A program made the position numbers and the translations under genes. A stretch of DNA of 64,000 nt from Phoronis australis. Its lineage: Eukaryota; Animalia; Phoronida. Positions 51,701-64,000 of the stretch are shown in pieces. The stretch lies in assembly GCA_002633005.1 (NCBI GenBank), contig NMRA01000700.1, positions 131,937 to 195,936 of the forward strand, in the 5' to 3' direction. Numbering within the stretch: the first letter of the stretch is position 1; each line of letters starts with the position of its first letter. Below the pieces are notes generated by a model. The model saw only the letters and a program-made list of their open reading frames with translations, made no database searches and was not told the DNA's origin.

Positions 51701-54555
51701 GTAGTAGCTGAGGATAACTGACTTTTAGGGAACTGCTTTCTGAAGTCTAGAGGTCATTCACAACTGTTGCTGTTATGGTGAAACAACTACCTTGCATACT
51801 ATAAAGGTTAAAGAATTGTGATAATTTCTGGTGAACAACCTCACCAAGAATCACGTGGTTTCAGTCAATTTTTCTGAAAATATCCACAAGAAAAGGTACA
51901 TGTTTTCTGAAAATAGAAAGATTATAGAATTTTCCACTTAACATAATGAAATGTTGCAGGAATAACAAGGAATAACCAAATTTCATTTCAAAAAAATTCA
52001 TAAACAGATCTCAAAATTATTTTTCAAAATGTCCTGTTTTATTTTAAGGGGCTTTTCAGATGAATACACATATTTTTGATAAAACTGATTAACTACAGCT
52101 TCAATTTTTGACGGTATCTTATTCAAAACTAGCCAGTTTTGTCTGGAGAACAATGTCAATAGCATAGTGCCTGTTTCGTTTGAGCCTAATAATCTGTTTT
52201 TATATACCATGTTGGTAAAATTTCTAAATTTTCATCAAACCATGAAGTAAGACATTAACTTTTAACCTGAAGGCGTACGTTAATATCGAAATTAAGTATG
52301 GCATGAACTCCAACTAACCATTGACGGGCAAGCAAATTTAAAATGCGATATTCGATTGCCAATCAAAAAGAAATTCACAAGTTGGTTAGTTTAAACTATT
52401 TTATTTAAAGTAAACTATTTTTACAAACATAATACACTTCTTGAGTAAAAGTGAAGTTTATAACTAATGCAGTCAAAGCATCGCTTTCACTGTGAAGACA
52501 GGATATAAAGAAGGTAATAAAAGTGTAATACTGGTTAAAATCCCTTCTTAATACCGACAGAGAAAAAACAGAAAAGTTAAATGTTAGCAGGCTGTGTAAG
52601 ATTCAAACCCATAGTTTCCAAAATGGCCAGATACCAAAATGCACAGTAGCACACTTCATAAAAATTTAAGGTTTTTATTATGGCTGCTATGTAGTTACTA
52701 ACTACTGTGTATCACAATATATACTACAGGAAGAACCTTGTTATGGAACTTGCATATCTATTATATATCTATAAAATATCTTCAAAAATACAACAGAACA
52801 CAAGTACAGGGAAGGGCATCCGCAGTCTCTCTAGTATAACAATACCGCAAAATATAATACAAAATATACAAGTAAGCTAATCCGGTAAGCAACTTTGTGT
52901 ACAAAATATGATTGCCTGTAAGAAAACCTGAGTCATCACCATATCGAATTTGTTCAACGAAAATTCTATAGGTAATCAAAAGGACAAATAACATTTCTGT
53001 CTGACACGTCAGGTGATGGTGGACTTACACCTACTTGATAAATGCATCTAAAGCCAGGGGTCTTGTTTCATGGAATTTTCAGTCAAGAATCGTTCCATTG
53101 TTGGCATTATGTCATCAGCACTATTCAACAATCATCATGCAATTATTGAAGAGTATAGGCTAGCCTTTTACAAACTTAAAGGCCTATGGGTCAACAAGCA
53201 CTTCAACTGAGTTTGAAGTATAATAATTATGATCCGAGCGTATTTTAATGACAGAATTTTTTTGTTAGGTAATGGAATGAAATGAAAAATTCTAAGATTT
53301 TGGACTCGTAAACTAATAACCTCGTTCTAAAATAATTCAGACACTACTGGTAAACTGAGATAATGTAAACGTCTAAACATGCAGAATTATCTCTCTAATA
53401 CTACTGTTACAGTGACACGCTTTCTAAAACATGGTGCATTCATATTGTTTACATAGCCCGGGTGCGGGTTCCAGAGACCGCATTCATATTGTAAGCCCGG
53501 GTGCGGGTTCCAGAGGCAAACAAACCTATCTATCCGGCCAATAACAGTTGTTAGACTGTCTGGATTAGACATCATCGCATCAAAATGAACTATAAATATA
53601 CTGAAATAGTAAAAATGAAATAAAAACAGGTTGTACCTTTCTGGGTCTTGCTGTGGAAGCACTCTAACACGGATTTTCGTTCGACGAAACTGTACTAGCC
53701 AACCGCACAGGGCCGGCCTTGGAAGCGTACAACGTACAACTTGCATGTACGTGCCCGTAATACAACTTTATGAAACAAGCTGATGTGTACGAAGCATAAT
53801 TAAAAATTCAAAGTTTCGAGGAATTATTGTCATTTAAGCTTACATTTGTTCCTTTAATGCTTGATTACTCTCGCCTATGTTGTTCTTGTTGCTCTCACAA
53901 TTATGTTCGCAATTCATTATCGAAAGGACTGTTTCAGATATAAGCACGCTGTGCAAAATGATAACAATGACCAATCAAGCAGCCTTCTAAGTCACGTGTT
54001 GTTAAGTGGGATGTCTTAAAGTCTATCTTCAATGGTAACACATGTAAACACGTGTAAATTTGGTTCATACTGTATGTTAAGAGCATCGTACTAAGCCCAT
54101 TGGTGCCATAAATTGCCAAATGTAACGATCTGTTAGGCGTATTAGCTCGCTTTTGTCTACGTCACCGCGAGAATCACCTTTTAATTCAAACAGCTGCGAC
54201 TAAAACCTCCACAAAATGGTGTTCTATTCAGACCCCTATTCAATACAATCCTTTGTTAGTTGTGCTGGGATCTCACGGTGACGCAACATGGCACGAAAAG
54301 GCAGCTTCACTTATCATTTGACAGGCTTACACTTGCGTGATTTAACTAGCGTTTTCTTATTTTACTAAAGCTTTGCCAGGACTATCTGCTAAGCCTAATA
54401 CATCTCAAGCCTCGAAATTCAGTTGAAGATAGGTTTTAAAGAGGAAACGGTAGTTATGGACCTTCTGTTGCTAGCCCTCTGTCATTTACCAGGAAACGGA
54501 TAAGAGCCAGGAGACAAAATTAGTCTGGAGGGCAAACACTTAAGTAGTCATATTA

Positions 54556-54576
54556 AGGTGTTACAAAGGTATAAAA
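54556..54576 (+). promoter_or_regulatory. Core promoter of WSC gene C
   Basis: AGGTGTTACAAAGGTATAAAA, same motif and spacing as A and B, ~65 nt upstream of ATG 54640. Confidence 0.72.
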
Positions 54577-54639
54577 TGTCCTCTTTTCCACACATGTGTT
54601 CATTGAGAAAAGGATCGGAATACACAAAAGGAAACCGAT

Positions 54640-54673
54640 ATGAGCAACACGCGTTCTCGAGTGTTCAGCCTAG
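54640..54673 (+). CDS. Exon 1 of a third paralog, gene C (MSNTRSRVFSL+1 nt); downstream exons not found in this window
   Basis: 34-nt ATG exon ending CAGCCTAG|GTAAT, identical to the gene B donor context. Conserved promoter upstream. Confidence 0.7.
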
Positions 54674-54810
54674 GTAATGCAGTTGCGCTTGATAGCATTG
54701 TTGCTATTTCTGGTAACATTGGGATTACAGTTAGTGTGGGTATATCCTTGTATCAGGGTCCCTTGTCAAGTTATTGTATTTCTTATTGTTTCTATATGTA
54801 TACAAGGGGG

Positions 54811-55196
54811 TTGACAATTAGGCGGACTTCAAAACCACTTACCGAACTACAAAACCAGTCAACTGGACTGCAAAACGAAATGGCCGGTGAACAAGGTGTT
54901 GTCCGAACTTCAAAACGCGATGGTCTCACTCCAAAAACTAGCTGGCCTTGACACATTGTTGGTGGGTTAACCAGTTTGTCAGAGATCAAATGTGGCGACT
55001 GAACTTCCTGTTCGGCCATTGTGATTGAGCAACAGCCATCTCATTAATGGTCCATCCAACCAGTTTTTGGAGTGCGACCATGTAGTATTGAGGTAGTGGA
55101 CATCACGTTTTAATGTTCGCCAACAAATTTGAAACACTGGCCATTAGGTTTTGCAGTACAGCCGACTGCCATTGAAGTCCGGGAGATAATTCGCAA
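54811..55196. mobile_element. MITE-like element
   Basis: Imperfect TIRs TTGACAATTAGGCGGACTTCAA / TTGAAGTCCGGGAGATAATTCGCAA, with internal short inverted repeats (ACTCCAAAAACT / AGTTTTTGGAGT). Confidence 0.55.
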
Positions 55197-56339
55197 TTTA
55201 TCTCTGCCTGTTGGAACTCACGTGACCGATTGTATCAGCAAAACGTGGCTTAAGATCTGAGCTTGTGCTTGTTTATTAATAATGCTTTACAATGAACAAG
55301 CGAGGGATCAAACTCAAAATTGAAATGTGTTCAACCGGCGTAAACTCCTTTTTCGAGAGATCAGGTGTCATGATCCACGTAACAATAACTCGTGACGTAA
55401 TGGTATCATACGCAAAATAATGCATATGTTGAAAACTGTAATAATCCATGATATCTGGTCAGTTTGTTGTCACTTGAATTAATAGGCCTGTTGCTTACTG
55501 CTTACTGATATCCAGTTCAGTGTTACAATATGTTACGGCAAAATGTCCGTACCCACGGGTTGCGATATTTTGAAGCCTATGAGTTATTTAGTTTTCTAAT
55601 ACTGTTTACTAATGCATATACATGTACATTTGTTCTGATAAATTTGTTGAGCTGCTTCATAACAAACATATAGTTTGACGCCATCTTATTTCAGTTTCCT
55701 AAACTTTTGTCACTCGGTAAAATATTATAGAAATGGTGAGTTAAAGGAAATACCTTTTCGATACTCTATTTCATGCCTGTCATTTTCGTCAACTTAAATT
55801 TCACATATATTTAGCTTTAAAACAAGTTTTCCAATTAAAATGAAAGCCACGACCCATCACAACTACTATGTGCCTGTCACTGTACTCATCTGTATAAGAA
55901 TTGGATTTTTTTCTTTTTTTTTTCATTTCCACTGATGTATCGTTTTAACCAATGCATAATGGTGATTTTACGTTTGTGACATTGCAGAAAATGCTCTTGG
56001 ATGGAGTCATTTTTGCATAGATAACCGACGACAAAGATTGCAAACGGTATAAGCAATGTTTCATTGTTTGATATTTGAACGAAGACATTCGTTCATAGGG
56101 AATACACCTGTACGACTCAAAGAAAATAAACTCATATCGGAAAACTTGCACCCGAAGTTCAGCCAAAGTCAGATCAAAAAGTTATCATAAATCACTAAGC
56201 TCATGTATCACTATTGTTGTTGATCTCTTTCACTGATTTAGACCACTAACTATGTAAATGTGTGCAAAAAAGGTTAAAGGCCTCGTCAAACTCATTTCCA
56301 TGATACCAAAAGCTTTTAAACATTCAACCTTTTTCATTT

Positions 56340-57880
56340 CTCGGGTCCATCTTGAAGGCAGAAGGTTTTTGAAAAGATAAATGAAAACGTTCGGAGCAGC
56401 GACGCTGGGCGAAATTAATTGAAAAGACATCAGTGAAGATGATGATGACGTTGACGATGATGATAGTAACGATGATGATCATGATGATAACAATCACATA
56501 ACGAACAACGACGTCAGAAACGACTAAGATATGTAGCCTTGTTCAAAAGAAGACAATCCAACAACATGCAGCAAAGTTCAATCAACAAACGAACAGTGCC
56601 ATCAGAAAATAAATCCTGGAAAATTGAAAAACAAGACAACATAGCCAAAAGAAAGCTGAAAGCCGTTGAAATTTCTACCTAACATATTTGTTTCCCGAAA
56701 ATCCACAATATTTTCGGAAAATGAGATTACATGTTTTGTGAAATTCAAAGTCAAAAAACTCAAAAACGGTAAGTCTGCGAAAAAAAAATGTTGCAGTCCA
56801 TTTGAAAGAGTATATTTTAGAATATCCTTATGCAAAAATTACGTCATTTCCTCCTGACGTTTAAAGTGGTACCCAAAAACCATTGAAAATTGATGAAAAT
56901 GCTTCAGATCCGCCACTTTGAAGACCATTCTCGGTTGAGCAGCATTCGATCATAGCTAACTACAAAAAAATAACAAGTTTAAGTTTTCGAAGCAATTGGT
57001 CCTACGATGAGCGCTTTACAGGACAAAACGTCTTCGTCTCGAAATTGACGTGCGCATACGCAGTGGGTGATGTTTCTGCCATCTTTGACTGGATGTAAAA
57101 GATCCTCGGCACATCTGTGACACTTGTCTATAATCGTACTGATTTTCTCACATGTACGTCATATTAGGCCTCCAGCGCTTTCGGGTATACAGACTGTGTG
57201 CATATTTCGTGCGAACTGAACGAAAAATGCAAACTGTAGAAGATGAACAAATAAATGAAAGCGCTCGGATGGAAACTTGGCGAAATTGACTGAAAGTTAT
57301 ACCATGGAGATGAAGATAACGATGATGATGATGATGATGATGGTGGCGATGATGGACAAAACGAAAACAATCACATAATGAATGAAACGTTCAGAAAAGA
57401 GTAAGAAATATAGTCTTGTTAAAAAGAAGGCAAATCAACAAAATGCAGCAAAATCCTGTCAAGAAAGGAACAGTGCCATCACAAAATTCCGGACAATTCA
57501 TAAAGGGGACGTCGTAGCAAAAAAGGAAAACATCTTCTGAAAGCCCGTTGAAAACACTATCTAATATTGTAGTGTCACTAAAATCAACTTCTTCTTTCGG
57601 AAAAATTGAAATTTTGCATTTTTCTAAATTCAAAGTCAAATATCTCAAAAACGGAAAGTCTAAGAAAAAATGTAGGGTTCATTTAAAATTCTATAGCTCA
57701 GAAAATCTACTTGCAAAAATTCACGTCATTCTCTTTTCACGTTCAAAATGGCACCAGAGCACGATTGAAAATGGGTAAAAATGTGGTATATCCGCCATCT
57801 TGAAAGCAACTACCGGTTTTGCAGCAATCAGTAATAGCTTGTCACAGGAAACTAACACATTGAGAAATCCAAAGCAATTG
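56340..57880 (+). repeat. Old tandem duplication (~880-bp period) with (GAT)n microsatellite
   Basis: ATAAATGAAA.CG.TCGG..GGCGAAATT..(GAT)n..AACAATCACATAA..ACAGTGCCATCA..AAATTCAAAGTCAAA..ATCCGCCA occur in the same order at ~56375-56920 and ~57250-57800. Confidence 0.8.
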
Positions 57881-58939
57881 TTAATCATACTCATAACGAT
57901 ATGTAACGGGGCAAAACTTTGCCAATTCAGTGGGGATTCGTAAAATTCTTTCAGTCCAAAACGTTTGAATAACAAGACCGTCTATTCGACTGAGCTAAGC
58001 GTGTTCGACAACATGTACTTATCATGGGAAAACAGTACATAAATACAACTCTCAGAAGGCCGGCCAATTTGTCACATCTAAACAACGCAAATGCAATCAA
58101 TTAAAACCCGACTACGTTAGGGCCGACGCCAACCCAACGTTAAGACAACGTTATTTCAACTTAAAAACCATCATTTGTTGAAATTAGGTGTCCCGATGTT
58201 TACACAAACTGCAACTAGTATGCGATCTTTACTTGTTGCACCTGCGGTGTTCGGGCCTTATACAACAAGAATAAAACCGCATTTCATTGACGCTGTAGGA
58301 CTGTAACGTATGTACAATGAAAAGCATCTAGCGCAACGGCGCAAAAGAACATCACTAACACGGATCAAATTTTTGACCAAATCAGACGTCAGCGTCCTCT
58401 GTACATGGTGTTTAAAACTTAAAAAGGTTGACCTCTAACAGACTTCTCAAAGACGTCATTGTAAACAATGTGCCTTGCCGTCGTTTGGGTCAGATGATGC
58501 TACAATTGTGATGCAAGGGTTAATTATCGACCTTTGCGTTTTCAAAATCATTTTCAGAACTGCAGTTTATCATCCACGAGGTTGTATGTCATTGTCAGCA
58601 AAAACGTGCATAAACACATAACTGGTTCCCATTTCAAAAATCTAAGAAGCAATTGATTTGGATCAAAGCATAAATCAGAAACATTCTAAAAAAAGACAGA
58701 TCTTACTCTCGAAGTACAATAAGAAAATGACATTTTACTACTTTTAAACATCAATTAATCAATCAATTTCTTTCTACAATAAAGGTCATGCGCCCACTAT
58801 ACAGAACAACAACATGTAACGTACTAAAGAGTGGAGCAAACTACCACGGAGTCGAAAACCATGCAATATCTATATAGGTTAACTAATTTAGCATCATGAC
58901 TTGTTGACATTGATCTATTGAAATCAGACGGAAAATTCC

Positions 58940-59900
58940 AGTAATACACTTCAATGTCATTTTCTTTCAATTCAAATATTTAACACAGCTTGAAAGGAAA
59001 TGGTACTCGTCTTCAACAACATTGGGGGCAAAGGGTTCACACTCTGTTTGACCCATCCAAATTCATTTGCCTGGTTACTTCAATCATGAGACTGTGGCTA
59101 GAACAACGAAAACGTGCCATGGACATAGTTTCTGCATGTTGTATGGTCATCCTTATATCAATATATGGCCCTGCCTTAAGGCGGCTGAAGATCGGGGCTC
59201 CGATATTAATATACTATTTGGGTGGTTATATTAATATAGGTAGCTTCTCCCCGAAGGCTGCCAAAGATTGAGGCCTACTATTTTAATAGATTTTTAGCCA
59301 GCTTGGAGCAGGTCCCAGTAGATGGCTTCTCTTTCAATACCTTTATGTGGGCAACCGACCTTAATATAGTAAACGCCACTTCTTCACCGCCTAAATTCTG
59401 AGCCTCCTGACAGTTAAAGAGAACCTCAATCTTAGTGAGCCGTTATTTTGCTGGGTTAACTTTGCCAATCATAAAACATAGGGCTCCGTTTTTCGATCGC
59501 TTTAGGCTGGGACCCGCAATCACGTGTCCTTTTTTCTTTACTTTTGTTAAGAAAATTTGCTTTGTTTCTATTAACAGGAGCGACGAAATACTTAGATATA
59601 TAAAAAACACAAGTTAAAAGCAGTTAATATGGGGTCCAGACATACAGCAGTGACTTGAAGACATTTAGGTTCATTCCCTAGGGTCTGCTAGGAGACTGTT
59701 TTAGGTTACAGAATATGTTTTGGCGCTTGGGCTCAGTGAGGTAAATCAAACCATAGTCAATTTTTATGAGGTCAAGGAAGACTTTCTGCTACCAAGCCTC
59801 AAACACGAGTTTGTAAGTCCTATCAGTTTCAGGTGATTTTCAGGGATCTTTGAGCCTTTCCAGCCTTCCAGTAAGAGCCCTGTCCTTACTGATAAAATCC
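58940..59900 (-). mobile_element. 3' fragment of an RTE-X-like LINE
   Basis: Minus strand reads MARFRCSSHSLMIEV..NRV*TLCP..VEDEYHFLSSCVKY, the FR.S.H.L.IE...R.C..C...EDEYHF...C..Y C-terminal zinc motif. Upstream part heavily decayed, 5' boundary approximate. Confidence 0.75.
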
Positions 59901-60149
59901 CACACAAAGTATATAAAATCTTGGGCGCGTTACGCAATTGTTAAATTCTATTGTATGAACAGAAGAATACAGCAAAATGACAAAAAATCGAAAAGCCAGT
60001 TGTACCTTCAATTTTTGATTTTATCATCTACTCTTTAATGTGTGGTTATTGGCAGTTGCAAATGCAGACATGTATGACAACTTTGCTCCAAGAAGAAGTC
60101 CAAAGAACTCCAAGCGGGCGCGCGGTGTTTGTCTGTGTGTGCGCCTAAG

Positions 60150-60507
<358 letters not shown>

Positions 60508-60509
60508 NG

Positions 60510-61290
60510 ATCTGAACGTAGAACAAACGCTGACTTACAGGACCAATGAATTGGGCCGTGACCTTGACTGGCTTTTTCCTGGTTTTTTTGGCAATTAGGA
60601 GAGAGTCGATTCGGCAAGTTTGAAAGCCAAAAACAGAAAAGAACAATGCTACCAAATCAAAGGCCTCCCAACGTTACAAATATCATTCCCTTCGGTGTGT
60701 AATCATCTCGTCTGCTCTTCAGTGAATTACAGATTCAATCTTTTTGTGGAGAGTGCGAGGAACCGACAAAACTGTAACTTCATTAGTAAATAGAGTTTGG
60801 AAAAACAAACTGTTAACTAAAAAGTATTTCAACATCACAAGGAGCATATTGTACAAGAGAAAGCAAATAATTAAAGTACGAAATTATGTACATTCACAAT
60901 GACGTACTCTTTCCCTAAGTTTAGTTGAACTGGGCCATTGGTAGCCGCTCTTGGAACTATTTTCATAACATCGATAGCACGCTCATAGTGCGTTAGTTTA
61001 GATCACGTTCTCCCGCCACTCTGTTTGTAATCACCTGACTTGAGCTTGAACAGACTCACGTGTACGTATGTCTTATGGAAAGTCACTCATCGACGTATCA
61101 AGTTTATGAAATATGTAAAAAGCACGGAGATACCTCTATTGCTGCAGGTCGTGGGTCGATGGGTCATGGGTCGAGGGGTGGTGGGTCATGGGTCGAGGGG
61201 TGGTGGGTCACGGGTCGAGGGGGTTGTTGATCGAAAGGGTCCTGGGTCAAGGGTGGAGTCGAAAGAATCGAAGCGATTTTAGAACAATAC
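60510..61290 (-). mobile_element. Family A TIR element, inverted copy
   Basis: AGATCTGAACGTAGAACAA, GGTAGCCGCTC, CGATAGCACGCTC and GGGTCGAGGGG..TTTTAGAAC are reverse complements of blocks in 61310-62085. Confidence 0.7.
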
Positions 61291-61309
61291 CTTCCAATCC
61301 AAGATTTTA

Positions 61310-62085
61310 AGTAGTTCTAAAACCCACTCGACCCACAGCCATCACTACCAACAACCCCCTCGACCCATGACATGCGGCAATAGATATATCTTTGCACTTT
61401 TTACTCAATCAATAATTATATTATGTCGCTAAGTGACTTTCCCATAACACTTACCTACACGCTCTGGCTCAAGTCTTGTGGTTAAAAACAGAAAATTGGG
61501 TAAAAACATGATCTGAAATAGCGGATTGCGAGCGTGCTATCGTTGTCAAGGAAATAGTTGTACGAGCAGCTACCTATGACCCTGTTCTACTAAACTGAAG
61601 GAGAGAATACCTTAACGTGAATGGATATAATTTTACATTTTTATTATTTGCTTTCTGTTGTATACTTGTTTACGATATACTCCATGTAACGTGTGATACT
61701 TTTAATTGCCAGTTTGTTTTTTCAAAGTGGATTTACTGATAGAATTACATATTCGTGCGTTCCAAGCTCTCTTTCAAAAAACTTGACTCTGCCATTCGCT
61801 GAGGAGCAGACGAGACGATAACATGACATTTCTGATGTCGGTAGGTCTTCGATTCGATTTGGTCGTGTTTCTTTTTCTTTTTTTTTTTGGCATTTAAACT
61901 TGCAGAATCGATTCTCTTAATTGCAAAAGACAAGGAAAATACAGCCGAGCTCACGGAAAGCCTGGTTGGTCCTGCAAGCCATCTCTTGTTCTATGCTCAG
62001 ATCTAGTCGGGCTTGTGTAGACGATTTCAACGGGGTTTAAGGTCGTGGCTCGTGGGTCAAGGAGTTGGGGTTTTAGAGCAATTCA
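61310..62085 (+). mobile_element. Family A TIR element, near-complete copy
   Basis: Begins GTTCTAAAACCC..TCGACCC and ends GGGTCAA..GGGGTTTTAGAGCAAT. Colinear with 10360-11316. Confidence 0.75.
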
Positions 62086-63933
62086 GATTTTCACCAGAAT
62101 TTAATCACACGGGGTTATTTACGAAGCGTTTACAATTCACGTTCGCGGTACCGACAACGAGGTGACTTTTGATCAACTGAAAGGCATATTAAACCAGCTG
62201 CTGCGTCATAGGCGAAGATTTAACCACCATACACTTGCAGATTTGTTGCTACAAAAATCAACTTTGTTCAATTTCTCGATGTTTGTGCTACAGCCATTAG
62301 ATACATGTATGTTTTGTGTTTCACTATGAAGTACCCATTCAATTGGTCTTGCACTGTGCTAAAAATAGTTGAAATCCTTTTCTTTTTGGTTTAGGTCATC
62401 AAGGCATGACTATTTGTCACAAGTACCATATCGTTACTAAACTTTATGTAGAAATACTGCTTTGGACTCACGAATACTGACTTTCTATCTCGGACAATAA
62501 CAAAGCAACAAAATGTGAGTAATCTTAATTGCTTTACAGAAATGTGGAACATTTTGATTGTCAAGTTTGAATCTTACTCAAATCCTCCAATCGCACAGCT
62601 TCAAAATTATTCATCACCTCCAAGTGATCATTAGTGTTCTTCGCAAGAGACAGGAATATTTCTTGAAGAGACATTATATTTCAAAGCTTCAATAAAAACC
62701 TTTTGTCAGATTTGCGGCCCAAGGCGGTACAAATTTTCTTAACATCTTGGCGACAGCCCCGAATTATGAAACCGGAGGACTAAAATTAAGACGACAGGCT
62801 AACGTCACCCAGGCCGCTGAGCCGACGGACTGACGTCACCAAGGCCAGCACGAAACTGGCCATCCTCCCTCCGAGTCCGCAAAAAAACGGCTGCAATGAA
62901 AAAATTGAACAACTTGAATCTATATGGTGGGTGAGTTCACTCTCTGTGAGGAGGCGGTCCCAAAACGGGCACAATGAAAGTCTGTAGTGGTGCAGTGGAG
63001 ACGGAGTTTCCGCGAACGATGCATTCTATATAATGGATGCTCTTTGTCAAATTTTAGCTTCTTTATTGTTTTTACTCACCCCAATATATAGTTACACATG
63101 TCCACTTTCGTTCTTGACGTGTTTTTGTTCTTAACCACGTTACAAGTTACTTATTGTGTTATACGGTTCTTAAAATAATTTTGGCGTACAACCTATTTTG
63201 CATTGAGGACACTTCAGATTTTCCTTGTTAGATGTAATCCTCAACTACACAAAAGTTTGAAGCCCATGAATCCTTTATTTTTAAGCGATGACATCTTTCT
63301 CTCTGTTTGCATGCAGTGCGACAACAAGATACCAAATTACTTTTGGTGGAATCAATTACTAGATTAACATCCTGTATAAATGACAATTTTCAGACTAGAG
63401 TGACTTTATATTTTTTATGTAACCATTCCAGATTCCCATTAGAATTGACCTAGATGTATTTTCAGGATTTCGAGTGACTGCTTAACTGACCAATCAGAAC
63501 GCAGCATTCTTCCCAATCCTTTGTTTCCAAGCCGTCATTTTACCCGAACATGTTGTCCGGTTAAACTTCTTGTTTGCTTGTCGACTTTTCTCAACGGGGC
63601 GCACCTTGCCATCTTTTCCTCTTGTGGATTCAACATCCCATCCCTAGACGCTAATGCCTCTTGTTTCCTGTCAGTCTCCCGCATGTAAGTGGTTGAATGG
63701 AGCATTGCAACCCGACCGCTTCGAACTAGTTCCGGTTACTAACTCAACCATTTTCACAGTTTTGAAAATTGAGCGAACCGTACAGCATCCAAAAGCCCAA
63801 AGATAGACACAGTAATAGGTATTTATAAAAATCTTCAAGAACTACTGTACAACAGAAATAATCGGTACCAACCATGGAAACGGTGTCCCCGAGGTCGATG
63901 TGCAAACGTTTGAATCAAATTGTAATTAAGTAT

Positions 63934-64000
63934 CAGTCCACGGATCCACCGACCACAGTACAGCCAACAAGCGGCAAGGTGGGGGGTCAACCATTCAGAT
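63934..64000 (+). mobile_element. Left terminus of another copy of the TIR family seen at 41300/45338
   Basis: CAGTCCACGGATCCACCGACCACAGTACAGCCAACAAGCGGCAAGGTGG is a near-exact reverse complement of ~45290-45337. Confidence 0.7.

Noticed and set aside
49600-53800. Probable further DNA-element fragments between genes B and C, including a ~40-bp doublet at 53436-53515
   Set aside because: TIRs, TSDs and coding motifs could not be established by eye, so left unannotated.
62390-62640. Candidate acceptors for gene C exon 2 (~62395, ~62540)
   Set aside because: Phase-1 frames lack a hydrophobic stretch followed by a donor and run into stops.

Overview
Eukaryotic, AT-rich, repeat-rich invertebrate-type animal DNA from a draft assembly (N gaps at 20714-21188 and 44968-45272). 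Most ORFs in the six-frame track are spurious because the real genes are spliced. The main content is a + strand tandem cluster of paralogous genes for predicted secreted proteins made almost entirely of three WSC (Cys-rich, carbohydrate-binding-type) domains. Gene A spans 5547-22924 (6 coding exons, 376 aa) and gene B spans 26688-47305 (5 coding exons, 344 aa). Only the promoter and first exon of gene C (54640-54673) are present, and two dead copies of the promoter/exon-1 module lie between A and B. All introns are phase 1, each WSC domain is one exon, the signal peptide is split over two mini-exons, and A, B and C share an AGGTGTTACA-NN-GGTATAAA core promoter. Introns and intergenic DNA hold decayed mobile elements: Academ-like DNA transposons, RTE/RTE-X/I-group LINE fragments, Ty3/gypsy pol remnants, a Penelope-like end with a minimal hammerhead ribozyme, Helentron-like (HINE) repeats, MITEs and microsatellites. 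Gene models were built by hand from splice signals and paralog comparison, with no transcript or database support.
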